Origin: Octopus bimaculoides
Lineage: Eukaryota
Length of the DNA stretch: 61,143 bases
Direction: 5' to 3'
Assembly (NCBI RefSeq): GCF_001194135.2
Contig: NC_068992.1
Location: forward strand, 15,455,892 to 15,517,034
In this document: one piece after another, positions 13,070 to 27,163 of the stretch
Layout: each line of letters starts with the position of its first letter
How positions within the stretch are numbered: position 1 is the stretch's first letter
The notes under the pieces: model-generated
The model's database searches: none
Told to the model about the DNA's origin: nothing
The model's input: the letters and a program-made list of their open reading frames with translations, nothing else
Made by a program: the position numbers and the translations under genes

Positions 13070-13175
13070 TGGGCTTATTTCAGTTTCCTTGTAACAAATT
13101 CAACTACAGAGCTTTGGTCGTCCAAGGGCTATATCAGAAGATACATGCTCAAGTTGCCACACAGTGGGACTGAAC
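13070..13175 (-). mobile_element. Fragment of the abundant SINE family A
   Basis: TTTCAGTTTCC...GCTTTGGTCG...GCCACACAGTGGGACTGAAC matches the reverse complement of the copy at 34223. Confidence 0.7.
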
Positions 13176-14121
13176 TTAAAACTTTGGTGTATTTGCAAAT
13201 GGAAAACTTATGTTAATTGAATTTTTATTCCTATTTAGAGAAAGACGACAAATTCTTGACCGTAAATGTTAACAACAATTTTAGAAAAGTGGAAATTAGG
13301 AAGTTTTTTTCACAAAAAATAATTTACATTATTAGGCTTAGGGGTCTGATATTTACTTCCAGGCAAAATGAGAGCCGCTGATACCTTTTAATCAGTACAT
13401 TGCCTCCAAATTTATCTAGCAGAGATACATATATATTCAGTAATTTATTTTAATTTTATTTGATTATATAAGGGAATATTCATGACAAGCGCCGAAGCTG
13501 TATATCTGCATTTAAACACACACATACACACACAAACAAACACACGCACACAATCACACACACATCTATACATATATATACATATATAAGTTTTTGTGTG
13601 TGTGTGTGTGTATTTATATCTATCTATCTATATGCATATATACATGCACACATTCAAATACACAGGTATACGCATATGCACACGTACATACAGATACATA
13701 TACACACAAAAGCGCATAAATAGATAAACTTATGAAAATATTTGTGTACATAAACACGCACATATACATACATCTCCACACAAACAAGCACACATTCGCA
13801 TACACACACGTTCACGACCATACTCACACACTTTCTTGCTGGCACACAAGCGTACACACTTTCTCACTGGCACACTTATACGTACATGTCTGCAGAGAAG
13901 TTTATAGATGTCAAATAGACAAACATTATTAACGCATGAATATGTAAATTACAAATATGTAAATATCTAATTATACCAGAGACATAATTGTAAGAATACA
14001 TTCACACACAGATACAAACACATACAAGTACATACATGCACGCAGACAGACAAGGACATATATATATACACACACACAAACACACGCTCACATACTCCCC
14101 ACACACACACACACACACACA

Positions 14122-14155
<34 letters not shown>

Positions 14156-14500
14156 NNNNNNNNNNNNNNNNNNNNNNNNNNNNNNNNNNNNNNNNNNNNN
14201 NNNNNNNNNNNNNNNNNNNNNNNNNNNNNNNNNNNNNNNNNNNNNNNNNNNNNNNNNNNNNNNNNNNNNNNNNNNNNNNNNNNNNNNNNNNNNNNNNNNN
14301 NNNNNNNNNNNNNNNNNNNNNNNNNNNNNNNNNNNNNNNNNNNNNNNNNNNNNNNNNNNNNNNNNNNNNNNNNNNNNNNNNNNNNNNNNNNNNNNNNNNN
14401 NNNNNNNNNNNNNNNNNNNNNNNNNNNNNNNNNNNNNNNNNNNNNNNNNNNNNNNNNNNNNNNNNNNNNNNNNNNNNNNNNNNNNNNNNNNNNNNNNNNN

Positions 14501-14551
<51 letters not shown>

Positions 14552-15637
14552 CATATATATAAATACTTGTATGTATGTATGTATGTAGCTTCATGCATAT
14601 ATTGATCACAGACGTATAAAAATTACGTAAATATAGCTTATTGAATTTTATAAAGCACAACATCAAAGAAATACATGTTTCCCTTCTCTTGTTATCTTAG
14701 TATGTCAGTGTGTGTATCTCGCAAGCCACAACCAACGCTATACGCATGAAGGCCTCTGATTACGTCAGCTGTTATTAAATAAAATTGAATATAACGCAGT
14801 AAATTAATAAACGCCCAATCGCTAAACATTGATGTTGCACAACATGCAGACACAAGCTGTCAATAGATATAGAATGAATGCATTAATTACATAATGTTTT
14901 GAGTCACTTATTTGAAAACTAAGTCATATTTTTATACGTTTCTCTCTCTAGATTAAAGTCTCACTTTGTAATTCTTTAAATGCTTCTGTTCATTCTGCCA
15001 CCTTCTGAACTCCTTGAACCAATAAAACACCCGTCGGCCATTCCTTGTGTCAGAGACACTTCTATTTCTTATCAACTGTCTGAAATGCTTTATATTCCAA
15101 CATGTATACCCCTTAGTAGTATTGTCGGTGTAGAATCGCAATGAGTTTTGCAATCCTCAATTCTCTACTAGTTTCGTCTCATACTTGCTTCCCCGACAGG
15201 AACCGCAAACACACTCGTACTCTTTCTAACTGCCAAACTCAACTTTTGCTGAACGAAAAATGTCTCTAAAAATGGTGAATCATGCGACCACTGCCTTATA
15301 GGGACTGCGTACCGCACATCCACATATTAAACAACGAATCCACCTTTTGCAGTTTCTCTCAGATGAATTTTCCAATATTCACCAGTTCAATACATTCTCT
15401 TGCAATACCAAGTGATTCACCCTTGGCTCGTTAGAGACAGCTAGGTGGGTGAAGGAAGACTTCTTTTAGATGTGAGCTTTCTCATTTCAAACGCATCAAA
15501 AGTTCATTGTTCCAAGTTCCTCGAGTAATTACTTTAGAACTGAGCTTTAGTCATTCATGCAAGAATAACAGTCTGGAATGTTTCGAGAAGATGACCGACT
15601 CCTACAAGCTTGTACGGCATTTCGAAAAGGTGAAAAC

Positions 15638-16209
15638 AAGCAATGTTAATTCTCTAAATGAAGTATTAACAGTAACTGCACGATAAAGTGTAGTATATTG
15701 CCACTTAAGTGTGGCTGACCCCTAGGAGTGGATGTTACTGTTGCTTTTAGCCCCAGGAGGACATCTCCTCCAGCTGGCTTATCGACACACTACTGTCTCC
15801 TGTTTGCCAAGGGAAGTTATCCCTCTCACCATGATCTGTAGCACGAACGGATCCGGATTTCAGGGTTATTTCACCTTTTCGATATCAGTGAAGAATTTCA
15901 CTGGAAAAGTAGATATAAGATTGCCAAGATTTTGTCTCTCTCACCAAGGATCAGTGGCTATCGAACGCCGACGAAGGGAAATAACCCTGAAATCCGGATC
16001 CGTTCGTGCTACAGATCATGGTGAGAGGGATAACTTCCCTTGGCAAACAGGACACAGTAGTGTGTCGATAAGCCAGCTGGAGGAGATGTCCTCCTGGGGC
16101 TAAAAGCAACAGTAACATCCACCCCTAGGGGTCAGCCACACTTAAGTGGCAATATACTACACTTTATCGTGCAGTTACTGTTAATACTTCATTTAGAGAA
16201 TTAACATTG

Positions 16210-16212
<3 letters not shown>
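15638..16212. repeat. Near-perfect 235-bp inverted repeat with 105-bp spacer
   Basis: 15638-15872 is the reverse complement of 15978-16212, with two mismatches noticed by eye; right arm abuts (TA)n. Confidence 0.95.
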
Positions 16213-16249
<37 letters not shown>

Positions 16250-19200
16250 CCCCAGCGTGGCCACAGCTCATGAGCTGAAACTAGATCCAATCAATATATA
16301 CAATATATATATACACACATATATTCAATATATATATATATATGTATATATATATGTGTATATATATATGTGTGTGTGTGTATATATATATATGTGTGTG
16401 TGTACATTTATGCATAAGCATGTGTGTGTGTGTGTGCATATATATATGTATATACTCATGCTTATACATAAATGCATGCACGCACACGCACGCACGCACA
16501 TGCTCTGCGTGGGGTTTTGTGGGCGTGTCTGAATGCACGTGGGCATTGCTGTTTGTCTTTGTGTTTGTGTGTTTGAATGTAGGAGTTTGTTTTGTTTATT
16601 TTCTTCGACAAGCAGCATACGAGTTCGCAACAATCATACAGTGAAAGTGTATAGAGTTTGATATATGTTAATGTAATCAGGGATTACACACCGGGGTTTG
16701 CGTGCATGTGTATGTACGTGTTTTACGCGTATATACGTGTATGTATGTGTGTGCGTGTGTTGTTTGTAGCGTGTGTGCATGAGTGTATATGTGAGCGTGG
16801 GTGAGTGGGTGCTTTGTGTGTGTTGGGGAAATGAGAAAACATAAGTGATCAGCTATCATCTTTTACTTTTTCCAATTTATTTTAACAACAGTGAACAAAT
16901 TATTTTTGACATCAATTGTTTTATTAATGTATTTCTCTGTCATATCTTTTGAAATTTGAGCTGATATCAAAGGAAACTATATCAGGAACTATAAATCATT
17001 CTGGAGAAGAATTTCAAATGGAATTGAAAGCGTTATTCTTGTTTTGTTTTATTTTGTATTTTGTCGGGGTTTTTTTGTGTGTGGGGGGGTCATGTTAATC
17101 TTGCCATATAAATAAAATCTCATTTCTCATTAATAAACGTCGTTAATAATGTTCTTATGTCAGATCCCGTGTTGTTGTGTTAGAGATTACTGATGCAAAC
17201 GTCGATAGGAATTTTATAGCCTCGATTTGACGTATTTCAGTTTTCTCAACTTTGACTTTATGCAACACATAAGAGGAATTGATTCTTATTTTTATTACTG
17301 GTTATATTTTTTTTTAAAATTACACTCGTTCAAAAATAATATTCTGTATTTCACAAAGAGTATTGTATATAATTAGTATGCCTTTCAATGAAAATAGAGA
17401 AGCCTTAGTTTTTTTTATTTCTTTGCGAGCGAACGTAATGAAGTATGGTTTTAATTTTTTCCGTTTTGAGTTCATTGTTTTGAAACTTGGACGCTAATTT
17501 GTTAACTAAAAGCTTTTATCTCCGAGTTAGCATTGAGCTTTGAGATTTTTAAGCATTTAAAATTAGATTGTTGACGGGTGAGTGAATTAGGTTTAGTGTT
17601 TTCTGCTTAAAACTAATCAGCAGATAGTTGATCACTGGTTGAAACCGAAACTTTTAAATGAGTTTCTGCCATAAATTAGCCATTTATTTTGAGTAAAGGA
17701 TTTGATTCGTTTATAAATCTCCTAAGTTTAAGAATAAATTGCAAGGCAGCTGTCATTTCCAACATTAGTTGTCAAACACATAATGGCCCAATTATAGACA
17801 GCTGCACATTGCTCATTTACTACTACTGCTGCTGCTACTGCTGTTGCTGCTGCTGCTGCTATCTGCGTGAATTCGTATGCAATAGTTAAGTTAGTTCTTG
17901 GAGTTGGTGTTTAGCTCGAGATCGGTCCCTGATCGATCAGGCTTACATACAAAAGATTTCTTGACGTGACCACCCGTCTTTACACACATAATTTAACTGA
18001 ATCTACATTATCCAATATATTCTCCCTTTAAAACAAGGCTAAATTGGTGTGTGAGAGTGATTTGGCTGCTACATTGATCAAAGCAAGCGATTGTTTGCAG
18101 ATAGAAAGTGAGAGATAACATCCAGATCACAGCGTTTCTAGAACGCCAATGCTTCTTTACAATGTCAACTTTACTTCTGTTCTGTTAAATATGACGGTTT
18201 GATCATTATTTGCCATCAGTTACAGTTTTATCTGCTACGAAATCGGACTGCTTTTGAACTCATGAAACATCAAACCATTTGTTCTTGCACCTGTTTAGTT
18301 ACTCTCGCATATAGAGCAGCCGACCCTAAGAGCAGAAGTCAAATCCTTGTGAAGGTGGCATTTTACCATACAGAAAATCACGGCGATAAAAAGCCAACGA
18401 GGATGTCTCTACGAGAGTCGCAGTCGCTGAACCAGTTAGAACAAGCAGCACAATTTACTTCAAACAATTCAAAAGAAGAATGATATAGTCCAAAATACTT
18501 TTTAAAAGACTGGATGGTCAGGAATGGAATGCCTTAAATCATGTGGCTGACTGATCGTGTTTCTCTTGGAGCTGAACCATTCCACAAAGTCAAGAGTCTA
18601 TCATTCTATCAAGATTAATTTCATTTTAATAAACCATGTCGATAACGTTAGTCCGTAAGTCGGTGTCCGCGAATTCCAATTCTATTTTAAGGTTATTTAC
18701 ATGTCAGTTACAAGTTTATATAGCGCCACCGGCAGAAATTCTAATTACACTATTACTGTCAGACTCACAGTTGATTACAATTCATTTGGGAAATAAATGC
18801 GCCATTACTGGCCTTCTATTTAAAGCCGTCTTGCCATATCTAGATCTTCTTATCATTAGGCAGCTAGTTGAGTATTTCTTTCTGATAAATCTCTTATTTT
18901 ATCAAAGCATCAATCACGTTTAAACATATTTTCAAATTTAGAAATATCAGAGTAAATACATTTCTAATGTCGGTGTTTTTGTGTTTGACGATGTTTGCTT
19001 TAATTTTTTCCCCATAGATCGAGGATAACAGATATAAAACGATGCAAAGGGGAAGCCTCTATGTAATCATTCACCTTCCTAGAAATAACAATGAAATATA
19101 CCCCAAATCCCACCCTCGTCCTATAAAAGGAAACGTTATACTGAGTTTTGTAGTTCGAGATGATTATAGATCTTCCACCGGATTCGCCGATGACCGTTCA

Positions 19201-19860
19201 GTTTTTGAAGCAACTGAACTCCCTATTCGTTGAACTAACGTTGACGTGGCTGAGTACCTCACTGACATTTTTATTCTTAACGTAATCCTCAGACAGAGCC
19301 ATTGTTAAATATTGTGACTTCGATGGTCATATGACTAACAAATACAACATGCCCGACGGATTTGCACACAACTTTTCTGAAACCAGTTTACAATGCCTTG
19401 GCCTGCGGCTCAATAAAATTGATATTTACTTGAGATGCAGTAAGATCAAATTCAGTAATAGCCTATAAAAGTCAGTACGGCTAATATTAGAACATGTTTG
19501 ATCATAAGTCTATCATGTCGGAGCTTATTGGTGGGAGATAAACCACAGCAACAACATAAGTAATATGATGATGATGAAGGTTTGGCCTGTCGAGTCCTTC
19601 TTTTTTATGCATTTAATATATTCTAGAAAGACAAGAGAGAAAATTTATCGAAAACTTAGAACGTTAGACTGAATACTTATTTCAAATCGCATCAAATGGA
19701 TAAACTTTCCACCTGGGGTGAATAAAATATACATCAGTAATATTCCAATAACAATTAACTAAACGAAAACATTCCTGCATCCGCCCTGGACTAGAATAGA
19801 GAGTTCGAAGAATTCGCGTCTTCTAAGGCCTTTACGTTCAGCCTAATATTGATTTCTGGG

Positions 19861-20055
19861 AAGGCGATGAACTAGCAGTATCATTAGCATGCCGGGGAAA
19901 TGCTTAGCTGCATTTCGTTCATCTTTACATTCTAAGTTCAAATTCCGCCGAGGTCGACTTTCATCTTTTTGGGGTCGATAAAACAAGTATCAGTAAAGTA
20001 CTAAGATTAGCGCCTTCCTCGAAATTGCTAGCTTTGTGCCGAAATCTGAAACCAA
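19861..20055 (+). mobile_element. SINE family B (degenerate)
   Basis: GAAATGCTTAGC...GTTCAAATTCCGCCGAGGTCGACTTT...GGGGTCGATAAA motif shared with 21431 and 51216. Confidence 0.8.
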
Positions 20056-21430
20056 TATCGGTGTTTGGATCTTTCGTTGAAAAAGTTACATTTTTATTGA
20101 TTACATAGTATCATATTTATTGTAACTTACTTAAATAATCACAATAATATTTTTATATATTTTTATTAAAAGAAAATTGCTATTTCAACTCAAGTATCAG
20201 GACTAAAGAGACTATTACAAGTTGAACAAATTACCATTTTAGCGTTGAGGTAATTTCATTTGGAAGTCCTAAGTGAAAGCTTGCCATCGAATTATTGAAA
20301 AACTGAATTAGAAAAATAAATATTCTCTTTCTAACAACAGACACCAATTGTATATTCTCTGTGTCATTACGAATTGTGTTTCTCTGTCTCAAGTATTAAA
20401 TGTCTCTTCCGTGTTAGAAATAAAATATTTATTTTTCTACTAGTGTCTTACCAACGTTTAATGTAAAACTTTTACACTAGTCTCAAACCAGAAATTAACT
20501 CCAGACTAAATGTTCTTCAATAGTTAATTTTGACATATCAGGATAATACCGCCACTAGCCTCTGTTCTATCTATATAATTTCATAATTTTATTACCAATC
20601 TTTGTACATCTATGACGGTTAGTAAAAACGGCAGGATGCCAAACTGAATGCATTATGTTACATAATTCCTTCTCTTTACACACTGCGTTCAAATTTCACT
20701 GTCTTCGACATCTGTTTTCAAAAACCATTCAGAAATTCGTATGTGGTCACCCAAACGATTAGACCATTCCTATTTAAATGTGCTATATACTAAGTGTATC
20801 AACAGTTACTATCTCTCTTTACTATTCAAATTGAAAACAAAACCTAGTTCTATGCGCAATTGTTCAAGTTTAAACGTAAATATATGACAAGAATATCTGA
20901 TCATATTTCCATGACGTTTTCTTATACCCTGAACTAGAAATCAATTGATCTATGGCTAAACCTTTTTTTTTTAATCTTTTCTGTGCATTTCCCTCGCTTC
21001 CAGCCCCTGTCTATGTGATAAATAAGGTAGTTTTAGAGTTATTTGAATCTTCTTTTAGCATATGGCACTACCATGTAGTTTGCCCTTATTATAATTTGTG
21101 TGTGTGTAACTGTGTCTGTGTGTGTCTGTCTGTGTGTGTTTGTGCACTAGTGCATATAAATATATATATATATACGTATATACAGATATACACATATATG
21201 TATATACATGAATATATTTATGTATGTATGTATGTATGTATGTATACAAGAGGTGCATTATATCAATATTGTGCACTACATGTATGCAAGGAAGAGCATA
21301 TGATGAAATGCGAGACAGAGTGGACAAGGGTGAGGTGACACAATTCTGAAACAGAAGTGTACATATGAGTCAAACAATTTTGTCACAGTCTATGACATAG
21401 CTATTATTAATATACCTACTATAAATTATA

Positions 21431-21665
21431 CTTATTTCTTTATTGCCCACAGGGAGCTAAACATAGAAGGGGCAAACAAAGGCATACAAAGGGATTAAGT
21501 CGATGATATCGACCCCAGTGCGTAACTGGTACTTATTTAATCGACCCCGAAAGGATGAAAGGCAAAGTCGACCTCGGCGGAACTTGAACTCAGAACATAA
21601 CGGCCGACGAAATACCGCTAAGCATTTCGCCCAGCATGTTAACGATTCTGCCAGCTCGCCGCCCA
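21431..21665 (-). mobile_element. Full-length SINE family B with 13-bp TSD
   Basis: Head GGCGGCGAGCTGGCAGAATCGTT, B-box GTTCAAGTTCC, 3' GTGGGCAATAAAGAAATAAG; TSD ACTATAAATTATA at 21418-21430 and 21666-21678. Confidence 0.92.
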
Positions 21666-22469
21666 ACTATAAATTATATTGACTGATTTCTCCAACGCCT
21701 ACAGCGAGAAACATTGTATAACACAATATGATAATGGCACTTGCTTGAACAAAATTCGTCTGCTAAACAGTATAGTATTATTAAGAATTCTCACATAACA
21801 AGCTTGTTTTGATTCAAAATTATATAGCCATTATCATTAAAAAATATAACAAACTTTATGACGTTATGGATATAAAATTTACAAACCAAGGTGGAAGTAC
21901 ATTAAGAATGAAAGCCTTTTATTTAATCTATCAATGTAAATACTGAATCCTTATATTTTTGTTTCTCTAACTGAATCATATGAAATCACATAATCCCATT
22001 TTGAGTCACGTTTTGTCTTGTTCTGTGCGTATGTGATTATCGATGTGTGTTCTTATGTGAGCTTGGGAAAACCAAAATTATATAAAACATAGAGAAAAGG
22101 ACATTTACTCCATCCTATTCAGGAATATTTTCTGCGACTTATTTCTTCATTTTACTTCTATTCATTATATTTTTCCATTGTTGGCTTGTGTGTAGAATAT
22201 TTCATTAATTGGAGACTTGTTTAAGCTGATACAAAATGGCATTATAATCCGAACAAAATAACAGAAACTATATTAGAATTATATCTCGATTGTCGCGAAG
22301 TAGCATCTTCTATTTTAATGAAAATGCATGTGCACGCGCGCGTGTGTGCGTGCGTGTTTGTGTGTGTGAGAGAAAAGAGAACACAACATGTGCAGCAGAG
22401 ATTAAGTATTTCTCTTAAGTTTGTATCAACAATCTAGACAGAGATCCGAATACTAAAATAGAGAAAAGG

Positions 22470-22844
22470 TCAGCGCTCTCATTACAAGGCTGATGAGACC
22501 TGCTGCTGGTACCATGTAAACCTGTTCTACCTGTTTAACAGTCGAATGGTAGCGATTATACCGACTTCCCCACTTGAGTAGCTTGCTACTCTCGTGAGGA
22601 GTGTGTTTGGACACCCAGCAGCATTAAAAACAATATTTGCTGAAGGATGAATGAGCTCCTTACGATCCAAAGGCCATCCAGTTGGAGAAGGCAATGGCCA
22701 GCCACCGCAATATCTCTGCCAAGAAAACACTTCCAGAAAGTCAGAACGAAGTAATGTTATGATGTCGGGAGAACTTTTGCTTAATCGGGAAGACTTTTGC
22801 TACGATGTCATCAATGCGCTGTGAAAGCATACGATTACTGCCGC

Positions 22845-22886
<42 letters not shown>
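22470..22886 (+). mobile_element. RTE/BovB-related short retroposon with (GAC)n tail
   Basis: GGAGAAGGCAATGGCCAGCCACCGCAATATCTCTGCCAAGAAAAC at 22684 resembles the Bov-A/Sauria-SINE RTE-derived motif; (CGA)n at 22845-22886. The 5' boundary is uncertain. Confidence 0.55.
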
Positions 22887-24256
22887 TGTGCCTACGCAGA
22901 TCCTATTTCAAGTATTCTCCAAAAAGATGCCTAAATCAATCAATTTATTTATCCATGAGGGGATTCTGCCCTTCTAAAGTAGTGCCTTATAATGAGACTC
23001 ATTCAACCAGATATCATCCCGAGGAATTACACAGGAAACAATGCCTGCCGACGACGTCTAGCGTATATATTCCTTCGATTCCGGGGATACATAAACCTAA
23101 ACTACCTACTCCACTTACATCTGGAGGCATCATGACCAGGGAAATTATAGGTCAGCATAACTTGGAGTATACTTCATTTCTAGTCTTATATTTCAAAGCA
23201 TAGTTTCAAACTTTATCACATGTCATTCGATTGCCAAGATATCATCACGTTCAACTGCATGGCTGTCAGCAACTACTAATATAGATCTTTTTCATAAAGT
23301 TGTACTTGTAAACTTTTTGAATAACATTTACTTGGCAGTTTACTCATTATGTGTCAATGTTCTTCTTGCAAATTTATAAACATTACACAATACAACAGAG
23401 TCAGTTATCCGTGGATAGATAGAAAGCAAAATCAAGTCGTTAAGAGATTTCCGCTAAACGTTTCCATAGTTGTAAATCTACAAGATAACTTACATCTGAC
23501 GATATATCTATTATTTATCCATATTCTTATTCATTTATGAACATAACACATGTTTGTAAAGCATTACACATCGCTATACCGAATTAGTTGCCTGCAGCTT
23601 TACGGAAAGAGATAGCGGCTCTTTGAGAGATACGCATTAAACGTTGTTATTGTTGCTATTTAGCTAGTGATGAGCTCGGTTCAGATAGGACTATAAAATC
23701 GGCGATATTCGAACAGAAAAGGTTCCATGTTTATGTATATATCGAACTGCATGAGAATCTGTACCTCGTGACATATAAGACGATGGGTCATAGTAAAGAT
23801 GGCACAGTGTGATTCAATGGCTATGTATCTGCTAATTCTGTAAAGTCAAGCGACAATATAAGAACTCACTGACACAACATGGATACGTATTGCCACATAT
23901 TAAATGTTTTCATCCAATTCTATAACATTGCAACCTGCTGCGACCCCCAAAATTAATATAAGGAACTAAAAGAAACAAAGACGACACAAAGAAACTTGGA
24001 AGTACGAAATAACTAATGAGTTATCTTTCCTTTCATAACAGGCTCAGCGTTAAATATTGAAACAGTTTATTATTTGTTAAAGAAGCTTTCAACAATTTCG
24101 GAGTAATTATCTAAATTACCTCATTTTCCCCTTCAAATATTTTCTAAGTATATCTGTTAAAAATTTTATTAATTCTTCCTTTTTTCACATTTTCATCATT
24201 GGATTGGATACGTACATACATATATTTATATGTTAGTGTGTGTGTGCATGTATGTA

Positions 24257-24290
<34 letters not shown>

Positions 24291-24654
24291 NNNNNNNNNN
24301 NNNNNNNNNNNNNNNNNNNNNNNNNNNNNNNNNNNNNNNNNNNNNNNNNNNNNNNNNNNNNNNNNNNNNNNNNNNNNNNNNNNNATATACATACATGTGT
24401 ATACCTATATATATGTGTGTGTGTATATATACATGTGTGTGTGTATGTGTGTGTGTCTGTGTGTGTGTGTGTGTGTGTAAATATCTATTTAAGATGTTTT
24501 ACAATTTTACGCTATTTTTTTTAAGCTGATCAACTAACCAGATTAATCACCACGCAATTTTGTTTTCGCAAAGTCAAAAAAAGAGAAAAAAATGTTCTAA
24601 TTTCATAGATATTACCTTTTTATTGATGGGTTATTGATCATTGTTTAGCCGGCA

Positions 24655-24772
24655 GGTTTGTTGGTCGGTCCGTCGGTCGGCTGGTTGTTGGTTCGTTATT
24701 TGGTTGGCTTGTTGATTGGTTGGTTGGTCGGTCGGTCGGTCGGTTTGTTGGCTGATTGATCTGTTGATTGGT
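24655..24772. repeat. Degenerate (TTGG/TCGG)n tetranucleotide repeat
   Basis: Direct reading. Confidence 0.85.
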
Positions 24773-25446
24773 CTTTTACTGAAGATGGCATTTTGCATTT
24801 TGTTTTCACGCACAATGTTGTCCTTGATGCAAGAATGTAAGCCTACAGCGAATTAGAGAAAGAAAGTTTCTAATGAGAATAATCAATTAAAATAAATAAT
24901 TGTTAGATATGTGATACATGTGAATCCTAAGACACTGTATTCGCTGATGTTCACGATTAAATTGAGCGTGCCCTCTACGTGCCGAAAATTTGTTAGAAAT
25001 CAGCATATTTATCTATTTGAAGCAGTACTGTTTTGCAGTTAGGATTTATGTAACAAACCAACTGAAAATTTGACATCCTCTTGATATATTTAAACACCAT
25101 AGAAGACAACGAAGCGACAATATTGCAGCATAGAGCAATTAGCAATCAAGATGAAATAGTACAAATATAGAAACGAACTTATAAATCAAAACAGTGTATA
25201 TTTTTGACTTTAAAGTATAAAACTAAAATGTCTCGATCCAAGGACACCCGGTGCATAGCTTTAGTGTCCTGGTGCGAAAAGAAGATGAGATATATCTTTC
25301 TCCTGGATAGGCTGCCATTCTTGTGAAATAACATTTCTCGATAGCTGAATAGATGGGCGAGATGTGAAATAAACTCAACATTCAAAATAAAAAGCAAAAT
25401 AGAAACTCTGGTACATTTGAATATTTCCTTCATGAACATCTAATCC

Positions 25447-25790
25447 ACTAGTTCTCAATAGGGGTTCATATAGCCCCTGGAGGTCCATAAAAGATTTTTA
25501 GGGGTTTACACAACAAAATAGCAAATTGGGGATTCACAATACTATTTTCAGGGATCATGCAAATTTTTTTGCTTTTGATGTATGTATTGGTATGTATTGC
25601 AATAAACAGCGAGGTTTCTTTCTCTACTATTTTACACTGTTTACCTACACAAGTTAATGTGTGAAAAACAAAGGATGGATTTTGAGAGAAGTTTCTATAA
25701 TACTAGTTTTTGAATATCGAATTGTTATGGGCGTCCACCAGAATAAAATACTAATCAACGAGATCCACAGATTTTAGTTGATAATCTACG
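25447..25790. mobile_element. Degenerate hAT/Charlie-like MITE
   Basis: Left end CACTAGTTCTCAATAGGGGTTCATATAGCCCCTGGAGGTCC and right end AGTTGATAATC resemble CAGTGGTTCTCAAC / GTTGAGAACCACTG termini. Confidence 0.4.
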
Positions 25791-25972
25791 CTTCTAGTTT
25801 TAGTTTTTGTTTGTAAAATTCTTATAAAGTCTTTATTAATTGACATCTCTCATTGTAACATTGTAAACGGAAAAGAAATAAAACAACAAAATTCAGCTGA
25901 TAGATATTAGTTGGCTTTGTGTTTCGTACAATATTTCTGCTGAAATACGCTGAATATATTTCAGTTAATATT

Positions 25973-26162
25973 AATTTCAAATTTTGGCACAAGGCCAGCA
26001 GTTTCATGGGAGAAGGGTAAGGGTAAGTCGATTACATCGACCCCAATGTTCAGCTTAGATGCAAAGTTAACCTCAACGGAATTTGAACTCAAAATGTAAA
26101 AGACGGCCCAAATGCCGCTACATTTTGTCTGGTGTGCTAACGATTCTGGTAGGTTGCCGCTC
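25973..26162 (-). mobile_element. SINE family B with internal deletion and 18-bp TSD
   Basis: TSD TATATTTCAGTTAATATT at 25955-25972 and 26163-26180; GGAATTTGAACTC and GCTAACGATTCTG motifs. Confidence 0.88.
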
Positions 26163-26208
26163 TATATTTCAGTTAATATTGAAGAAAAAGAAGAATCCAA
26201 TAAAAAAA

Positions 26209-26332
26209 ATATACACACACGGTGGTATTTATGTATGTATGTATGTGTGTATACACACACACACACATACATGCATACATACATACATACATACACACAC
26301 ATACATACATAAATACCACCGTGTGTGTATAT
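26209..26332. repeat. Small inverted duplication around an RY microsatellite
   Basis: ATATACACACACGGTGGTATTTATGTATG on the left and CATACATAAATACCACCGTGTGTGTATAT on the right. Confidence 0.9.
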
Positions 26333-27163
26333 ATATATATATACTGATCTACACACTCACAAATTAGGTAGACACAGTCGGAGAAAGTTGTTTAATCTGA
26401 AGCATTGTCACAACTGTATAGTGCTTTTGACAGTCTGCAAACAGTTCTGTTAGTTTACCAACACAATCTGCAATTTCAAAATGAGGATAACATCTGAATA
26501 TCACATATTCACAAAGGTTTTTATGACAGGAGAGTACATGAAAGTAATATATGCTTAATACATACATCTATAGGTGAAAGATGTCACACGCAAGGTTGAA
26601 AAGAGTGAAGGAAACATCTGGCACTAACGCAATAACAGCCACAAAGGAATTGGATGAACGAAATAACAATTCTTCATTTTGTCTGCAAAAATTTACTTAT
26701 TTCAAAAACTGATTTTTCTTGTTTATTTTAAATACATCGAATTCTAAAAGCGAAGTCATTGAAACCACATGCTGTCATATAATTCTCTTTAGATGGTGAT
26801 CCGTAAGCAAATTTTCAACGAATTATTGCAGCAGAAAACATCAAACATATTTCTATTAAGTAGAAATGTTAATTGGCTAGAATTTATATAATTAAGGAAT
26901 ATAGATAAGGAGTCACTAAGATTATGTGTATGTTTGTATTTGTGTGTGAGATTGCCTTGTATATTTTTTTCCTATCCAATTGCTTCCCTTTTTCCCCAAA
27001 ATAATTCTACTTGCTATAATATATAGCCATATCTACTTCTACTTCCTCATTTTAAACGATATATATCATATCTCTCAGTGTTTCTGAAAAGCTAAATTTG
27101 AATTAGTTTGTATTTACATTTGGTCTGCAAGATTCTTGTTGGGAATTCGTGTGTTGAAAGAAA

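Noticed and set aside
14960-15637. Possible decayed LINE on the minus strand (GTWN and KAFQTVD-like words)
   Set aside because: Only short isolated words with many stops; insufficient support for a feature call.
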